Source: Granulicella sp. (GTDB lineage: Bacteria > Acidobacteriota > Terriglobia > Terriglobales > Acidobacteriaceae). Taken from it: DNA of 64,000 nt. The position numbers and the translations under genes were made by a program. The notes beneath the pieces were generated by a model. That model was not told the DNA's origin. It worked only from the letters and a program-made list of their open reading frames with translations, and made no database searches. Shown piece by piece: positions 10,883-20,884 of this stretch; positions within the stretch are counted from its first letter, which is position 1, and each line of letters starts with the position of its first letter. The DNA is taken from positions 32,001 through 96,000 of the forward strand of contig DAHWNL010000078.1 in NCBI GenBank assembly GCA_027339965.1. Reading direction: 5' to 3'.

Positions 10883-12136
10883 ATGCCCCCCGTCATCCCC
10901 TCTCCCGCCCTGCGTGAACCAGGCAACGGCCTTCCGCAGGGAGCTTTTGGCAAGCTACGCCTGAGTGACCTGGCTCCCAATCTCGTCCAGTCCGAGATAC
11001 GCGCCATGACCGTGGCCTGCGCCGAGGCCGGCGCCATCAATCTGGCTCAGGGCGTCTGCGACACCGACCCTCCCCACCCGGTCGTAGCTGCTGCCGTGGC
11101 GGCCATTCACTCCGGGCAGAACATTTACACGCGCTTGGATGGCATCGCTCCTCTGCGCGAGGCAATTGCGCACAAGCTCTCTCGCCCGGGCCACCCTCCT
11201 CTTGATCCACAATCGGAGGTGCTGGTGACCAGCGGCGCCACAGGCGCCTTGCACGCGGCCTTGCTGGCTCTGCTCAACGCCGGCGATGAGTGCGTGGTAC
11301 TCGAACCGTTCTATGGGTATCACGTCAGCACGCTGCGCGCCATGCGCGCCGTGCCGGTGATTGTGCCCCTGGCCAACTCTGCGCAGGGACCCTGGTTTGC
11401 CCTGGATGTCGACCGTCTGCGCCGTGCCCTTACGCCGCAAACCCGGGCGATTCTGCTCAACAGTCCCTCCAACCCCTCAGGCAAAGTCTTCTCATTATCA
11501 GAACTGGAGGCGATCGCAGCCATCGCTATCGAGCGTGACCTGTTCGTCTTTACCGATGAGATCTATGAGCACTTCGTCTACGATGGAACGCGCCACATCA
11601 GCATCCGCACTCTGTGTGGCATGGCCGAACGAACCATCACCATCTCAGGCTTCTCGAAGACCTTTTCTGTGACCGGCTGGCGCCTGGGATACCTGGTGGC
11701 CAGCCAACGTTGGTTGCCTGCGATCGGCTACTTTCATGATCTGATCTACGTCTGCGCCCCCTCGCCTCTGCAGCACGGAGCAGCGGCTGGGCTGCTCGAA
11801 CTGCCGGAGAGCTTTTACGCCCAGATCGCCCACGAGCATCAGGCCAAACGCGACCGGCTGTGCCAGTCGCTTGCTCATGCCGGGCTGGAGGCGTCCGTCC
11901 CTTCCGGGGCCTACTACGTGCTGGCCAACGCAGAGCGAATTGCCGGCGTCAACGCGCGGGCAAAGGCCCGACGGCTTCTGACCGATGCCGGCGTTGCTGC
12001 TGTGGCCGGTTCGGCCTTCTTCGCCGAAGATGCAAACGGCACAAACCCCGGGGAGAATCTGCTCCGCTTCTGCTTCGCCAAGAAGGATGAGGATCTCGCG
12101 GAGGCTTGCAAACGGCTGGAAGCTTATCACCCCTGA
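10883..12136 (+). CDS. PLP-dependent aminotransferase class I/II
   Basis: INLAQG, NSPSNPSG, DEIY, SGFSKTFSVTGWRLG, LRFCFAK. Confidence 0.93.
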   Translation: MPPVIPSPALREPGNGLPQGAFGKLRLSDLAPNLVQSEIRAMTVACAEAGAINLAQGVCDTDPPHPVVAAAVAAIHSGQNIYTRLDGIAPLREAIAHKLSRPGHPPLDPQSEVLVTSGATGALHAALLALLNAGDECVVLEPFYGYHVSTLRAMRAVPVIVPLANSAQGPWFALDVDRLRRALTPQTRAILLNSPSNPSGKVFSLSELEAIAAIAIERDLFVFTDEIYEHFVYDGTRHISIRTLCGMAERTITISGFSKTFSVTGWRLGYLVASQRWLPAIGYFHDLIYVCAPSPLQHGAAAGLLELPESFYAQIAHEHQAKRDRLCQSLAHAGLEASVPSGAYYVLANAERIAGVNARAKARRLLTDAGVAAVAGSAFFAEDANGTNPGENLLRFCFAKKDEDLAEACKRLEAYHP

Positions 12137-12281
12137 ATCCTCACTCGCTCCGCTCCTGCCCATCCTCAGGGCGAAGGTTCACGTTCACCAAACCTCATGG
12201 ATCCTCATCAGCGGTGCGAAGAAGGAGGCGGCTTCTCCGGTCATGGCGGTTCGCAATCCGCACCCTGCTTGCTCCATAGAC

Positions 12282-12317
12282 CCGAGTGTTGATCCGAGTG
12301 TTAATCCGAGTGTTGAA
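12282..12317. repeat. 12-bp tandem repeat CCGAGTGTT(G/A)A(T/A) x3
   Basis: Directly visible; intergenic. Confidence 0.8.
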
Positions 12318-12744
12318 AGTGTGGCCACCTTCAGAACCGGCAAATGCAGAAGGAAGACCTCAAGGCCGGTGTGCGGAGCCCCCGCCGTGGCGCATCTTTA
12401 GATGACTGCGACGAGACCGCATCCCAGGGCGGTAAAGGCCAGGGCCGGAGTCTGGGCCAGGGCAGCCGAGACTCGGCGGCAAAGGCCCAACTGCAAACAC
12501 AACGTGCTCCGTCAAGCTCAGCAGAGGGAGACACTTGGCAACGCCTTGGCCAGAAATGCCCTCCGAACGGAGTCGTCAGCCCCGATTTCCAGCGCATAAC
12601 ATCTGAGCTTAAGTTTCACTCAGATGATGCGGCTCAATAGCGCTATCGTAATGAACAAGTTGTCATCGATCTCAAGGCTAGCGCTGCTTGCGATGAAGCG
12701 TCGAAACAAGTGAAAGCCACTTCCCCCTCCAAGAGAGGCGAATC

Positions 12745-13605
12745 ATGCATCCAGCAGCAAAACTTCGGCAAGCGCTTAGCACCAATCAACTCGTCATCGC
12801 TCCCGGCGCCATGGACTGTGTCTCAGCCGCAGCCGTTGAACAGAACGGCTTTTCCGCTATTTATATGACCGGCATGGGCACGGCAGCCTGTCGGCTCGGT
12901 CTGCCCGATTACGGCCTCGCCACCATGACCGAGATGGTCGCTAACGCTTCGGCGATGAGCAAGGCGGTGCGCATCCCCATCATTGCGGATGCGGACACGG
13001 GCTACGGCAACGAACTCAACATGACGCGCACGGTCATGGAGTACGAACACGTCGGAGTAGCAGGAATTCATGTGGAGGATCAGGTCTCACCAAAAAAGTG
13101 CGGCCACCTGGATCGGAAGATGGTGATTCCGCGCAACGAGTTTGTCAGCAAGATCTCCGCCGCCGTCGCCGCGCGTTGCAATCCCGACTTCCTGATCATT
13201 GCTCGCACGGACTCCAATGCCGTTCTCGGATTTGATGAGGCGGTTGAGCGCGCGAATGCAGCATTGGATGTCGGGGCCGACATGGCGCTCGTTGAAGCTC
13301 CGGAATCAGCCGATCAGTTATTGAAAGTTCCGCAACTGGTTCACGGGCCCTGCGTCCTGAACATTCTTGTCGGCGGCAAGAGTCCGCTGCTCTCCTTCGC
13401 AGAGATTGAGCAGGCCGGCTACCGTCTGGCATTCCTCTCTGACGCGCTTCTGGGCTCTGCCTTTGCAGCCTACGATCATGCGTTGCGAGGCGTTCGCGAA
13501 GCCGTGGGCAGCGGAGGCAATCTGCACTTACCGCAGATTGCGCCGGCGCGGGAGATCTTCCGTCGCCTTGGCGCCGAGCGCTGGGATGCCTTGCGGACTA
13601 GCTGA
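12745..13605 (+). CDS. Isocitrate lyase/PEP mutase superfamily enzyme (PrpB/oxaloacetate hydrolase-like)
   Basis: GLPDYG, DADTGYG, EDQVSPKKCGH, IIARTD; GAGG RBS. Confidence 0.9.
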   Translation: MHPAAKLRQALSTNQLVIAPGAMDCVSAAAVEQNGFSAIYMTGMGTAACRLGLPDYGLATMTEMVANASAMSKAVRIPIIADADTGYGNELNMTRTVMEYEHVGVAGIHVEDQVSPKKCGHLDRKMVIPRNEFVSKISAAVAARCNPDFLIIARTDSNAVLGFDEAVERANAALDVGADMALVEAPESADQLLKVPQLVHGPCVLNILVGGKSPLLSFAEIEQAGYRLAFLSDALLGSAFAAYDHALRGVREAVGSGGNLHLPQIAPAREIFRRLGAERWDALRTS

Positions 13606-13941
13606 TCAACGGCGGATACCCGCATCAAAAATTATCGTGGAGTCGCACCGTCTTCAACGTCTGGTTTGCGTTCTGGACGCAGCCTGGAGCCTGTTAGACA
13701 GGCAAAATCTTTCCGAACCCGTGCGCTTCTCTTCCCTATCTCTTCAGAGCCTGAGCATTTTGCATGGTTCAACCTTGCGACGATCGTTGGGCTGCGCGGT
13801 CTCGGTCTGGCGGTGCCTGTTCTAACGCCCTGCTCGGCATCTCAGCGTAAACTGAAGATGCTCGAGCGCCGGAGGTTTGGGCCACGAAGCTTGAAATGCG
13901 TTCCGGATCGTCCGCAAGCGCGAGGCGAGGAGGCAGAATCG

Positions 13942-14625
13942 ATGCTCAGAGGCGGATGGAAGGCGGCTCTGCCGCTGGCGGGCTTGCTGGTGCTGGCCAA
14001 CTCAGCCTTGGCCCAGACGACTGTGGCAGCAGGCGTCTTTGGAGCATTCAGCCAGAGCACATCGTCGAGCAGCGATGGAATCACGCAAACTCCGGCGAAT
14101 GCTGCTGGGGTCATCGTCGAGTTACGACACCTATACAATCCGCTGCTTGGCTTTGATGCCGCCTACTCCTGGAATCGCGCCAACCAGACATTTACGCAGA
14201 CCACGCCGACGGTCTGCGGCCTGCAGTGTTCTGGATCTACCAGCTCTACGGAGCCGGTCCCCGCCAACGCGAACGAGATCTCCATAGCTTGGGTTGGGTC
14301 GTTCCGGTTGGCCGGCTTTACGCCTTTTGTGTTGGCTGGCGGCGGAGTTCTGTTCAACACCCCAACCACGAACGTCGCCACGGATACCATCTGCTCCAAT
14401 GTAGCCCCGCTTTGCGCAGTCAGCAGCAAGCCTACCAACAGTTCGACCACGGGAGTCTTTGTGTACGGGGCCGGCGTGGATTGGGAGATACTGCCGCACC
14501 TGGGACTGCGCGTGCAGTATCGGGGAAACGTGAATCGAGCTCCCGAGGTGGCACAGTCGTTCACAACGGCCCATGCGTTCCTGCAAACGACCGCGCCGAT
14601 GGTGGGCGCCTTTTTCCGATTCTGA
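13942..14625 (+). CDS. Outer-membrane beta-barrel protein
   Basis: Signal peptide ending ALAQ, PFVLAGGG, YGAGVDW, LRVQYRG, C-terminal FRF. Confidence 0.8.
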   Translation: MLRGGWKAALPLAGLLVLANSALAQTTVAAGVFGAFSQSTSSSSDGITQTPANAAGVIVELRHLYNPLLGFDAAYSWNRANQTFTQTTPTVCGLQCSGSTSSTEPVPANANEISIAWVGSFRLAGFTPFVLAGGGVLFNTPTTNVATDTICSNVAPLCAVSSKPTNSSTTGVFVYGAGVDWEILPHLGLRVQYRGNVNRAPEVAQSFTTAHAFLQTTAPMVGAFFRF

Positions 14626-14763
14626 AGATGGCACACCGGCGTGGATTTTTCTGCCGGGCTGATCCCAAGCCTCGATGGATTCAGCTGTTTGCAAAGGTGG
14701 CTGGGAGACGGAGACCTTGGAGGAGTGAGCCAGGCGTCGCTGCTGCGTGATACTCTGCCAGAC

Positions 14764-16515
14764 ATGTCGCAACATAACCACCGCCACAACGGCGGCTTTC
14801 ACGGCCAAGGATACATGCCGAGATTCTCTTCTCGGCTCGAGAAGTCTCCAGAAGAGAGCCCGCTGCAAGAATCGCGCGGGGAACCGAGCCATCTGAATCA
14901 TCATGCCGGACATGATGCCGAAGGGTTCGATCTGACGCGGGCTGCGCTGGAGGAGATGCACGCCGCAGGTTTTCGGCCCGAGTTCGGAGACGGGGTGGAT
15001 GCGCAGATGGCCGAGATCGAGCGGCTTGCGGCGCAGGTTGGGGTGAGTCAGGGCGAATTGGGGAGCCGGGCTGGAGTTCTGGATCTGCGCGCGTTGGGGT
15101 GGTCCTCCATTGACAACGATCTTTCCATGGACCTGGATCAGATCGAGGTTGCCGAGCGCGTAGCGGGCGGAATCCGGTTGCGCGTAGCGATTGGAGATGT
15201 CGCCTCCATGGTGACATTGGACTCCCCCATCGACCAGCACGCTCGCGCTCAGACACAGACGATCTATACGGCGGTGAAGAACTTTCCTATGCTTCCGCTA
15301 GCGCTATCCACGGGTTTGACCAGCTTGAACGAAGCCGGCGACCGGCAGGCTATCGTCATGACGTTTACGGTAGGGCCGGATGGAGAGACGAGCGATGAGA
15401 GCGTGTCCGTGGCTCTGGTAAGAAACCGAGCGCAATTGGCCTACTCCCGGGTGGGACCATGGCTGGAGAGATCGGTTGCCGGGGTGCAAGACCACGATGT
15501 AATGAGCCTGCGGTCAGACAGCGCGAGGATGCACTCGGCCGATGCCAGCCTGAGCGGCCCCTCCAGCTCTTCTCAAGGGGCCGAGTTGGGCACCAACTGG
15601 CTCGTGGAACAGTTGCGCTTGCAGGATGAGGCGGCGCAGGCGCTGCACGCCGCGCGGGTGAAGCGAGGGGCACTCGAGTTCCATCGCGCCGAGGCGGATC
15701 CCGTGGTGATAGACGGCCGAGTGATCGCTGTCCATGAGGTGATTCAGAATCGCGCCATGAATCTGATTGAAGACCTGATGGTCGCGGCCAATGGGGTGAT
15801 GGCCAGAGCCCTGCGCAAAGGCGGCCGGAGCGGCTTGCAGCGCGTGGTGAAGGTCCCGGAGCGGTGGGACCGGATTGTGGCCCTGGTGGCCGAACATGGA
15901 ACGCGCCTGCCGGCGGCGCCGGATTCAGTCGCACTCAACAGTTTTCTGCAAGAGCAGCGCGAGACCGACTCCCTTCACTATCCGGATCTGGCGGTGGCGG
16001 TGATCAAGCTGATGGGGCCTGGAGAGTACATGCTGATGAGGGCGGATGATGACCCGACCGGACATTTTGGGCTCGCGGCGCGCGACTACACCCACTCCAC
16101 AGCGCCCAACCGCAGGTTTCCGGATCTTGTGACGCAGCGGATTCTGCACGCAATGATGCGCTCCGAACCTGCGCCCTACCGCGATGATGACCTGGCTGCG
16201 ATTGCCGCGCATTGCAATGTGGCTGACAGCACACTGCGCAAGATTGAGCGAAGGATGCAGAAGCGCGTAGCTGCTGTGGCAATGGCTGGACGGATTGGCG
16301 AGGTCTTCAACGGAGTGGTGACCGGCAAGAGCGATAAGGGTGTCTTTGTGCGCGTGATTCACCCTCCGTTCGAGGGCCGCGTGATTCAGGGCGAAGATGG
16401 ACTTGATGTGGGAGACAAGGTGACGGTGAAGTTGCTGCACACCGATCCGGCACGAGCCTTTATCGACCTTGCCAAGGTGGGTATGCGAAGCGTGAATCGG
16501 AGTCCAAGAGGCTGA
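14764..16515 (+). CDS. RNB-domain exoribonuclease (RNase II/R family)
   Basis: SIDNDLSMDLDQ catalytic motif, HFGLA..YTHSTAPNRRFPDL, C-terminal S1 domain. Confidence 0.92.
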   Translation: MSQHNHRHNGGFHGQGYMPRFSSRLEKSPEESPLQESRGEPSHLNHHAGHDAEGFDLTRAALEEMHAAGFRPEFGDGVDAQMAEIERLAAQVGVSQGELGSRAGVLDLRALGWSSIDNDLSMDLDQIEVAERVAGGIRLRVAIGDVASMVTLDSPIDQHARAQTQTIYTAVKNFPMLPLALSTGLTSLNEAGDRQAIVMTFTVGPDGETSDESVSVALVRNRAQLAYSRVGPWLERSVAGVQDHDVMSLRSDSARMHSADASLSGPSSSSQGAELGTNWLVEQLRLQDEAAQALHAARVKRGALEFHRAEADPVVIDGRVIAVHEVIQNRAMNLIEDLMVAANGVMARALRKGGRSGLQRVVKVPERWDRIVALVAEHGTRLPAAPDSVALNSFLQEQRETDSLHYPDLAVAVIKLMGPGEYMLMRADDDPTGHFGLAARDYTHSTAPNRRFPDLVTQRILHAMMRSEPAPYRDDDLAAIAAHCNVADSTLRKIERRMQKRVAAVAMAGRIGEVFNGVVTGKSDKGVFVRVIHPPFEGRVIQGEDGLDVGDKVTVKLLHTDPARAFIDLAKVGMRSVNRSPRG

Positions 16516-16768
16516 GGGTAGCATGATCGTGCGCTGAGCGAGGGATGATGAGGCCGATCGCCGGAAGCAGGCTTGGCGACCATGGGAACCCGATTTGGGC
16601 TCAGAGCTTCACTTCCGTGCAGCCTTCCTCGCGCGGCAGCGGATCCTGGCAGTCTTCAGCGGATCTGGAACCTAATTGCGGGCCGTCCCATCCCCTCCCA
16701 AGTGGATAGGCTGCGCCACTTGCTCTGCGGGATACCCAAGAGGTCGGGAGATGCTATAACCTTTCCCT

Positions 16769-18058
16769 ATGAGTTCAGCTTCCTTCGCAGCTTCCGCGCC
16801 GTTTACCCTGCTTCCCTTTGAAAAGAAATTGGATCGCCTCGCGGAGATAGCCGTCCGCGTCGGGGTGGGTCTGCAACCGGAGCAGGAGTTGGTGATCACT
16901 GCGCCGATAGAAGCCCAACCGCTGGTCCGCCGCATCACCGAGCAAGCCTATAAGGCCGGCGCGAAGCTGGTGACTACCTTCTATGCTGACGACGCCGCGA
17001 GCCTTGCCCGCTACCAATACGCACCTGACACCAGCTTTGATTACGCACCTGCCTGGTACTTTGACGCCCTGGCGACCGCCTACCGCTCCAACGCCGCCCG
17101 CATGGGCATCACCGGGGCTGACCCGGCTCTGCTGGCCGGGCAGGATCCGGCTCTGGTCTCTCGCGCCAACGCCGCCGCATCCCGGGCCTATAAGCCGGCC
17201 ATGGACCTGATCACGCGCTTTGCCATCAACTGGACCATCGTCGCCGCGGCAACTCCCGCCTGGGCCTCCCTGGTCTTCCCCAATGATTCTCCGGAGCGTG
17301 CCCTGGCCAACCTGTGGGAGGCGATCTTCCATACCTCGCGAATCACCGGTGAAGATCCCATTGAGGACTGGAGAAGACATAACGCCAACATCAGCCGGCG
17401 CGTCGGCCTGCTGAATAGCAAGCGCTACCGCGCGTTACGCTTCTTTACCTCGGCAGATGCTCCCCATGGCGGAACCGATCTTACCGTTGGGCTGGCCGAT
17501 GATCATCTGTGGTGTGGCGGGGGAGCCACAGCCGCCAATGGTGTCTACTGCAACCCCAACATTCCTACCGAAGAGTGTTTCACCACGCCTCACAAAGACC
17601 GTGTTAACGGCCATGTGGCCGCTTCCAAGCCGCTCTCCCACCAGGGCACGCTGATCGAGGGCATCCACTGCACCTTTGAGGACGGTCGTATTGTGGCCGC
17701 CGGCGCCAGCGCCGGAGAAGAAGCACTCAAGAAGCTGATTGCAACCGACGAAGGAGCATCCCGGCTGGGCGAGGTCGCCCTGGTTCCCCACAACTCCCCC
17801 ATCGCCCAATCGGGCATTCTGTTCTGGAACACTCTGTTTGACGAAAACGCCGCCAGCCATATCGCACTGGGGCAGGCTTACTCCACCTGCCTGATCGGGG
17901 GTGAGTCGATGGACAAGCAGCAGCTCTCGGCGCTTGGAGCCAACCAGAGCTTGATTCACGTCGACTGGATGATCGGAGGAGCTGCCATGAACGTGGATGG
18001 CCTGAGCGTCAATGGCGCCGCGGAGCCCCTGATGCGCAACGGCGACTGGGTCTCCTGA
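16769..18058 (+). CDS. Aminopeptidase, peptidase M29 (AmpS/AmpT-like)
   Basis: PNIPTEECFTTP, LGEVALV, LFDENAASHIALGQAY, NQSLIHVDWMIG. Confidence 0.93.
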   Translation: MSSASFAASAPFTLLPFEKKLDRLAEIAVRVGVGLQPEQELVITAPIEAQPLVRRITEQAYKAGAKLVTTFYADDAASLARYQYAPDTSFDYAPAWYFDALATAYRSNAARMGITGADPALLAGQDPALVSRANAAASRAYKPAMDLITRFAINWTIVAAATPAWASLVFPNDSPERALANLWEAIFHTSRITGEDPIEDWRRHNANISRRVGLLNSKRYRALRFFTSADAPHGGTDLTVGLADDHLWCGGGATAANGVYCNPNIPTEECFTTPHKDRVNGHVAASKPLSHQGTLIEGIHCTFEDGRIVAAGASAGEEALKKLIATDEGASRLGEVALVPHNSPIAQSGILFWNTLFDENAASHIALGQAYSTCLIGGESMDKQQLSALGANQSLIHVDWMIGGAAMNVDGLSVNGAAEPLMRNGDWVS

Positions 18059-18072
18059 GCGTTCGATGAGCG

Positions 18073-18777
18073 TTAGAGTCTGCCGAAGATCTCCTGAATG
18101 TCATGGACGCCGACGTGTGTGGCCAGCCACTCCGCGGCGCGGATAGCCCCTTCCGCAAAGGGACGGCGGGAGTTCGACTCGTGGGTCAGGATGATTCGAT
18201 CGACGGCTCCCGTGGCGATGAGCGAGTGGATGCCCTCGACATCTCCGGTGCGGTGCGAGGCGATGGGAACCAGATTGTTCGTACTCGCCGGAAGGCCGTC
18301 AACGGCGCGGAGAACAGCGTCGCGCAGCGTGATCGCGGTGCCGCTGGGCGCGTCTAGCTTGCTGACGTGGTGGGTTTCGGAGATGCTGAAGCTATAGCCG
18401 GAGTCCTTGAGCAGGGAGGCCATCTCCCGCCCGAGCTTGAGCATCATCTGCATGCCGATGGAGAAGTTGGTACCGAAGACCAGAGGCGTGCCATGCTTCT
18501 CCGCCAGAGAGCGCATCTCAGGCAGGTGGTCGTACCATCCGGTGGTGCCCACCACCATGCGCAGGCCATGGGAGAGGCAGGCGCGCATGTTGGCCGCCAC
18601 TGCGTCTGGGGTGGTGAAGTCGATGGCGGCGTCAAAGCTTCGCAGAAGATCAGGAGTAAGGGCTCTGGCGCCCGCGTTTTCCGCCGCCGCCAGGACTCGG
18701 ACCGTGTGGTTTCGCTCTGCGGCCAGCTCGGCAACGAGCCTTCCCGTCTTTCCAGCACCTAGAACAAGGATGCGCAT
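18073..18777 (-). CDS. dapB: 4-hydroxy-tetrahydrodipicolinate reductase
   Basis: GAGKTG, DFTTP, VGTTGW, NFSIG, ETHHVSKLDAPSGTA. Confidence 0.93.
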   Translation of the reverse strand: MRILVLGAGKTGRLVAELAAERNHTVRVLAAAENAGARALTPDLLRSFDAAIDFTTPDAVAANMRACLSHGLRMVVGTTGWYDHLPEMRSLAEKHGTPLVFGTNFSIGMQMMLKLGREMASLLKDSGYSFSISETHHVSKLDAPSGTAITLRDAVLRAVDGLPASTNNLVPIASHRTGDVEGIHSLIATGAVDRIILTHESNSRRPFAEGAIRAAEWLATHVGVHDIQEIFGRL

Positions 18778-19311
18778 GGGGTTAGTGTAGACCGTCAGCG
18801 GATTGGACCGCTGACGTGGCCGGTGAGAATCAGGCTGCTGCGGGCGGATATCGCCAGTGGGGCACATTGCTATCAGGCGGCTTCCCGCCCGGGCGGGAAG
18901 GGACCGGCCCTCCTGCTAAGGCTTCGGTCGAAAAATAACGTAACCCCCGCCCTTGTCTGCTTCCCATCTGAGCCTGGCGGCTTTCAGCGAGCGCTCCGCG
19001 CTCCCTTGTTCTCGGAACTCCTCGGACTCTGTCCGCTCCCCGTTTGGAAAGTGCAAGTAGAACCAGTTCCCGTTTTCCCTTTGGCAAAGCGGCGAGGGTC
19101 AAGAAAAGTTACAAAAGGTGCTCATCAGACGAGGATAGATTGCTCTCGGCTTTTTCACCAAGTCCCGTCAGCACGGTATTCACGTCCCGACCTCCCTGCC
19201 CGACGGGCCGGGCTGTAGCCTCTCGTGTGGCTTCCCGAGAGGAGACCGGAGCTTTGGGGGTGTCTTTCGGATCGTCAAAAAACTGAGCCAGGCAAGCTGG
19301 GGTCGATGTCG

Positions 19312-20754
19312 CTAGGCGTTCGCAGACAGGGAGTGAGGTTCGACGTCGAAGATCATGGGATCGGGGTTGGAGAAAAACTTCCGGTGCAAGGAGCGGAGAG
19401 CTTCGTCCACATCTTCTTCATTGATCATGAAGCTCATATTGATCTCGCTGGCGCCCTGAGAAATCATGCGGACGTTGATGTGGGAGATCGAGGAGAAGAC
19501 TTGGCCGGAGATGCCCGCCTGACCGCGGATGTCTTCGCCTACCAGGCAGACCAGCGCCTTGTTGCCCTCATATTTGACGTCGGCGATCTTCCGCAACTCC
19601 GTGCAGATCGCCGGAAGAGCCTCGCGGGAGTCGACGGTGACGGAGACGGAGATCTCAGAGGTGGAGACCATGTCAATGGCGCACTGATGCTTGTCAAAAA
19701 CATCGAAGATAGATTTGAGGAAGCCATGGGCCAGGAGCATGCGGCTGGCCACGATGTCGATGATGGTGAGCTTCTTTTTGACCGCAATGGATTTGAAGGG
19801 GCTGCTGCAAGGGGGCGGCGTGGCCGTGATCCGGGTGCCCTCATTCTCGGCGTTGCGGCTGTTGAGAACGTGGACCGGAATGTTCTTCTGAACCGCAGGG
19901 AGAATGGTGGCCGGGTGCAGGACTTTGGCCCCGAAGTAGGCCAACTCGGCTGCCTCTTCAAAGCTGATGGTCTTCACGCGCAGGGCCTCGGGGACGATGC
20001 GCGGGTCGGCGGTCATGATGCCGTCGACATCGGTCCAGATCTCAATGGCGCCGGCGTGCAGTCCGCCGCCGACCAAGGCTCCGGTATAGTCTGAGCCGCC
20101 GCGGCCCAGCGTGGTGGTGATTCCATTGCAGGAGCCGATGAAGCCCCCCATGACGGGAACTTGCCGGCGTTCGACCAGGGGAAGGACGCGCTCAAGGAGC
20201 GCAACCCGGATCGCCTCCTCCTGCGGAGCCGCCTTACCGTGGTGGCTATCGGTGAAGATGACCGTCCGCGCATCAACGTGAACGCTGGGAAGCGACTGCT
20301 CTAAGAAGGCGGCCGAGACCAGTAGCGAGGAGATCCGTTCGCCAAAGCTGACCACGTTGTCCGAGGAGCGGGCCGTGAGCTCGCCAACCGCCGCGATGCC
20401 GCGGAGGAGGTCGTCCAGGGCATCAAACTCATGATGGATGTTGAGCTGCAGCAAATTGAGGCGGTCGCCATGGCCGCCGGAGTTGGTGAACAACTCCGCC
20501 GCGGTGTTGAGATGGCGCGTACGCAGACTGTCAGAGAGCTGCAGCGCCTCTTCCCGCGCGTTACGGCCGGAGGCGGCGGCGGCGGCCAGCAACGTGTCCG
20601 TAACCCTGGCCATGGCGGAGACGACCACGATCGGGCTCAGACCTTTGCGCCTGCGGCCGGCGACAATGGCGGTGGTGCGGCGGATGGCGTCCGCATCTTC
20701 CACTGAGGTGCCACCAAACTTCATGACGACGATTTGACGGCGCGGCGTGCTCAT
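19312..20754 (-). CDS. lysC: Aspartate kinase (lysine-sensitive type)
   Basis: VMKFGGTSV, TTTLGRGGSDY, WTDVDG, YFGAKVLHP, two ACT domains. Confidence 0.96.
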   Translation of the reverse strand: MSTPRRQIVVMKFGGTSVEDADAIRRTTAIVAGRRRKGLSPIVVVSAMARVTDTLLAAAAASGRNAREEALQLSDSLRTRHLNTAAELFTNSGGHGDRLNLLQLNIHHEFDALDDLLRGIAAVGELTARSSDNVVSFGERISSLLVSAAFLEQSLPSVHVDARTVIFTDSHHGKAAPQEEAIRVALLERVLPLVERRQVPVMGGFIGSCNGITTTLGRGGSDYTGALVGGGLHAGAIEIWTDVDGIMTADPRIVPEALRVKTISFEEAAELAYFGAKVLHPATILPAVQKNIPVHVLNSRNAENEGTRITATPPPCSSPFKSIAVKKKLTIIDIVASRMLLAHGFLKSIFDVFDKHQCAIDMVSTSEISVSVTVDSREALPAICTELRKIADVKYEGNKALVCLVGEDIRGQAGISGQVFSSISHINVRMISQGASEINMSFMINEEDVDEALRSLHRKFFSNPDPMIFDVEPHSLSANA

Positions 20755-20884
20755 GAAATCCGTCCTCTCGCAACTCCTCCAGAACAGGCACGCCGGCCTC
20801 CCTCAACGGGAAGCAAGCTGAGCAGCAAGACGAAGGCACAGCTCGGCGTCGAGCAGCGGCGGTCTGCAGAAAAGGCGTCGAGGC

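Noticed and set aside
19120..19135. CTGATGAG on the minus strand as a hammerhead ribozyme core
   Set aside because: I could not build the required stems and GAAA junction.
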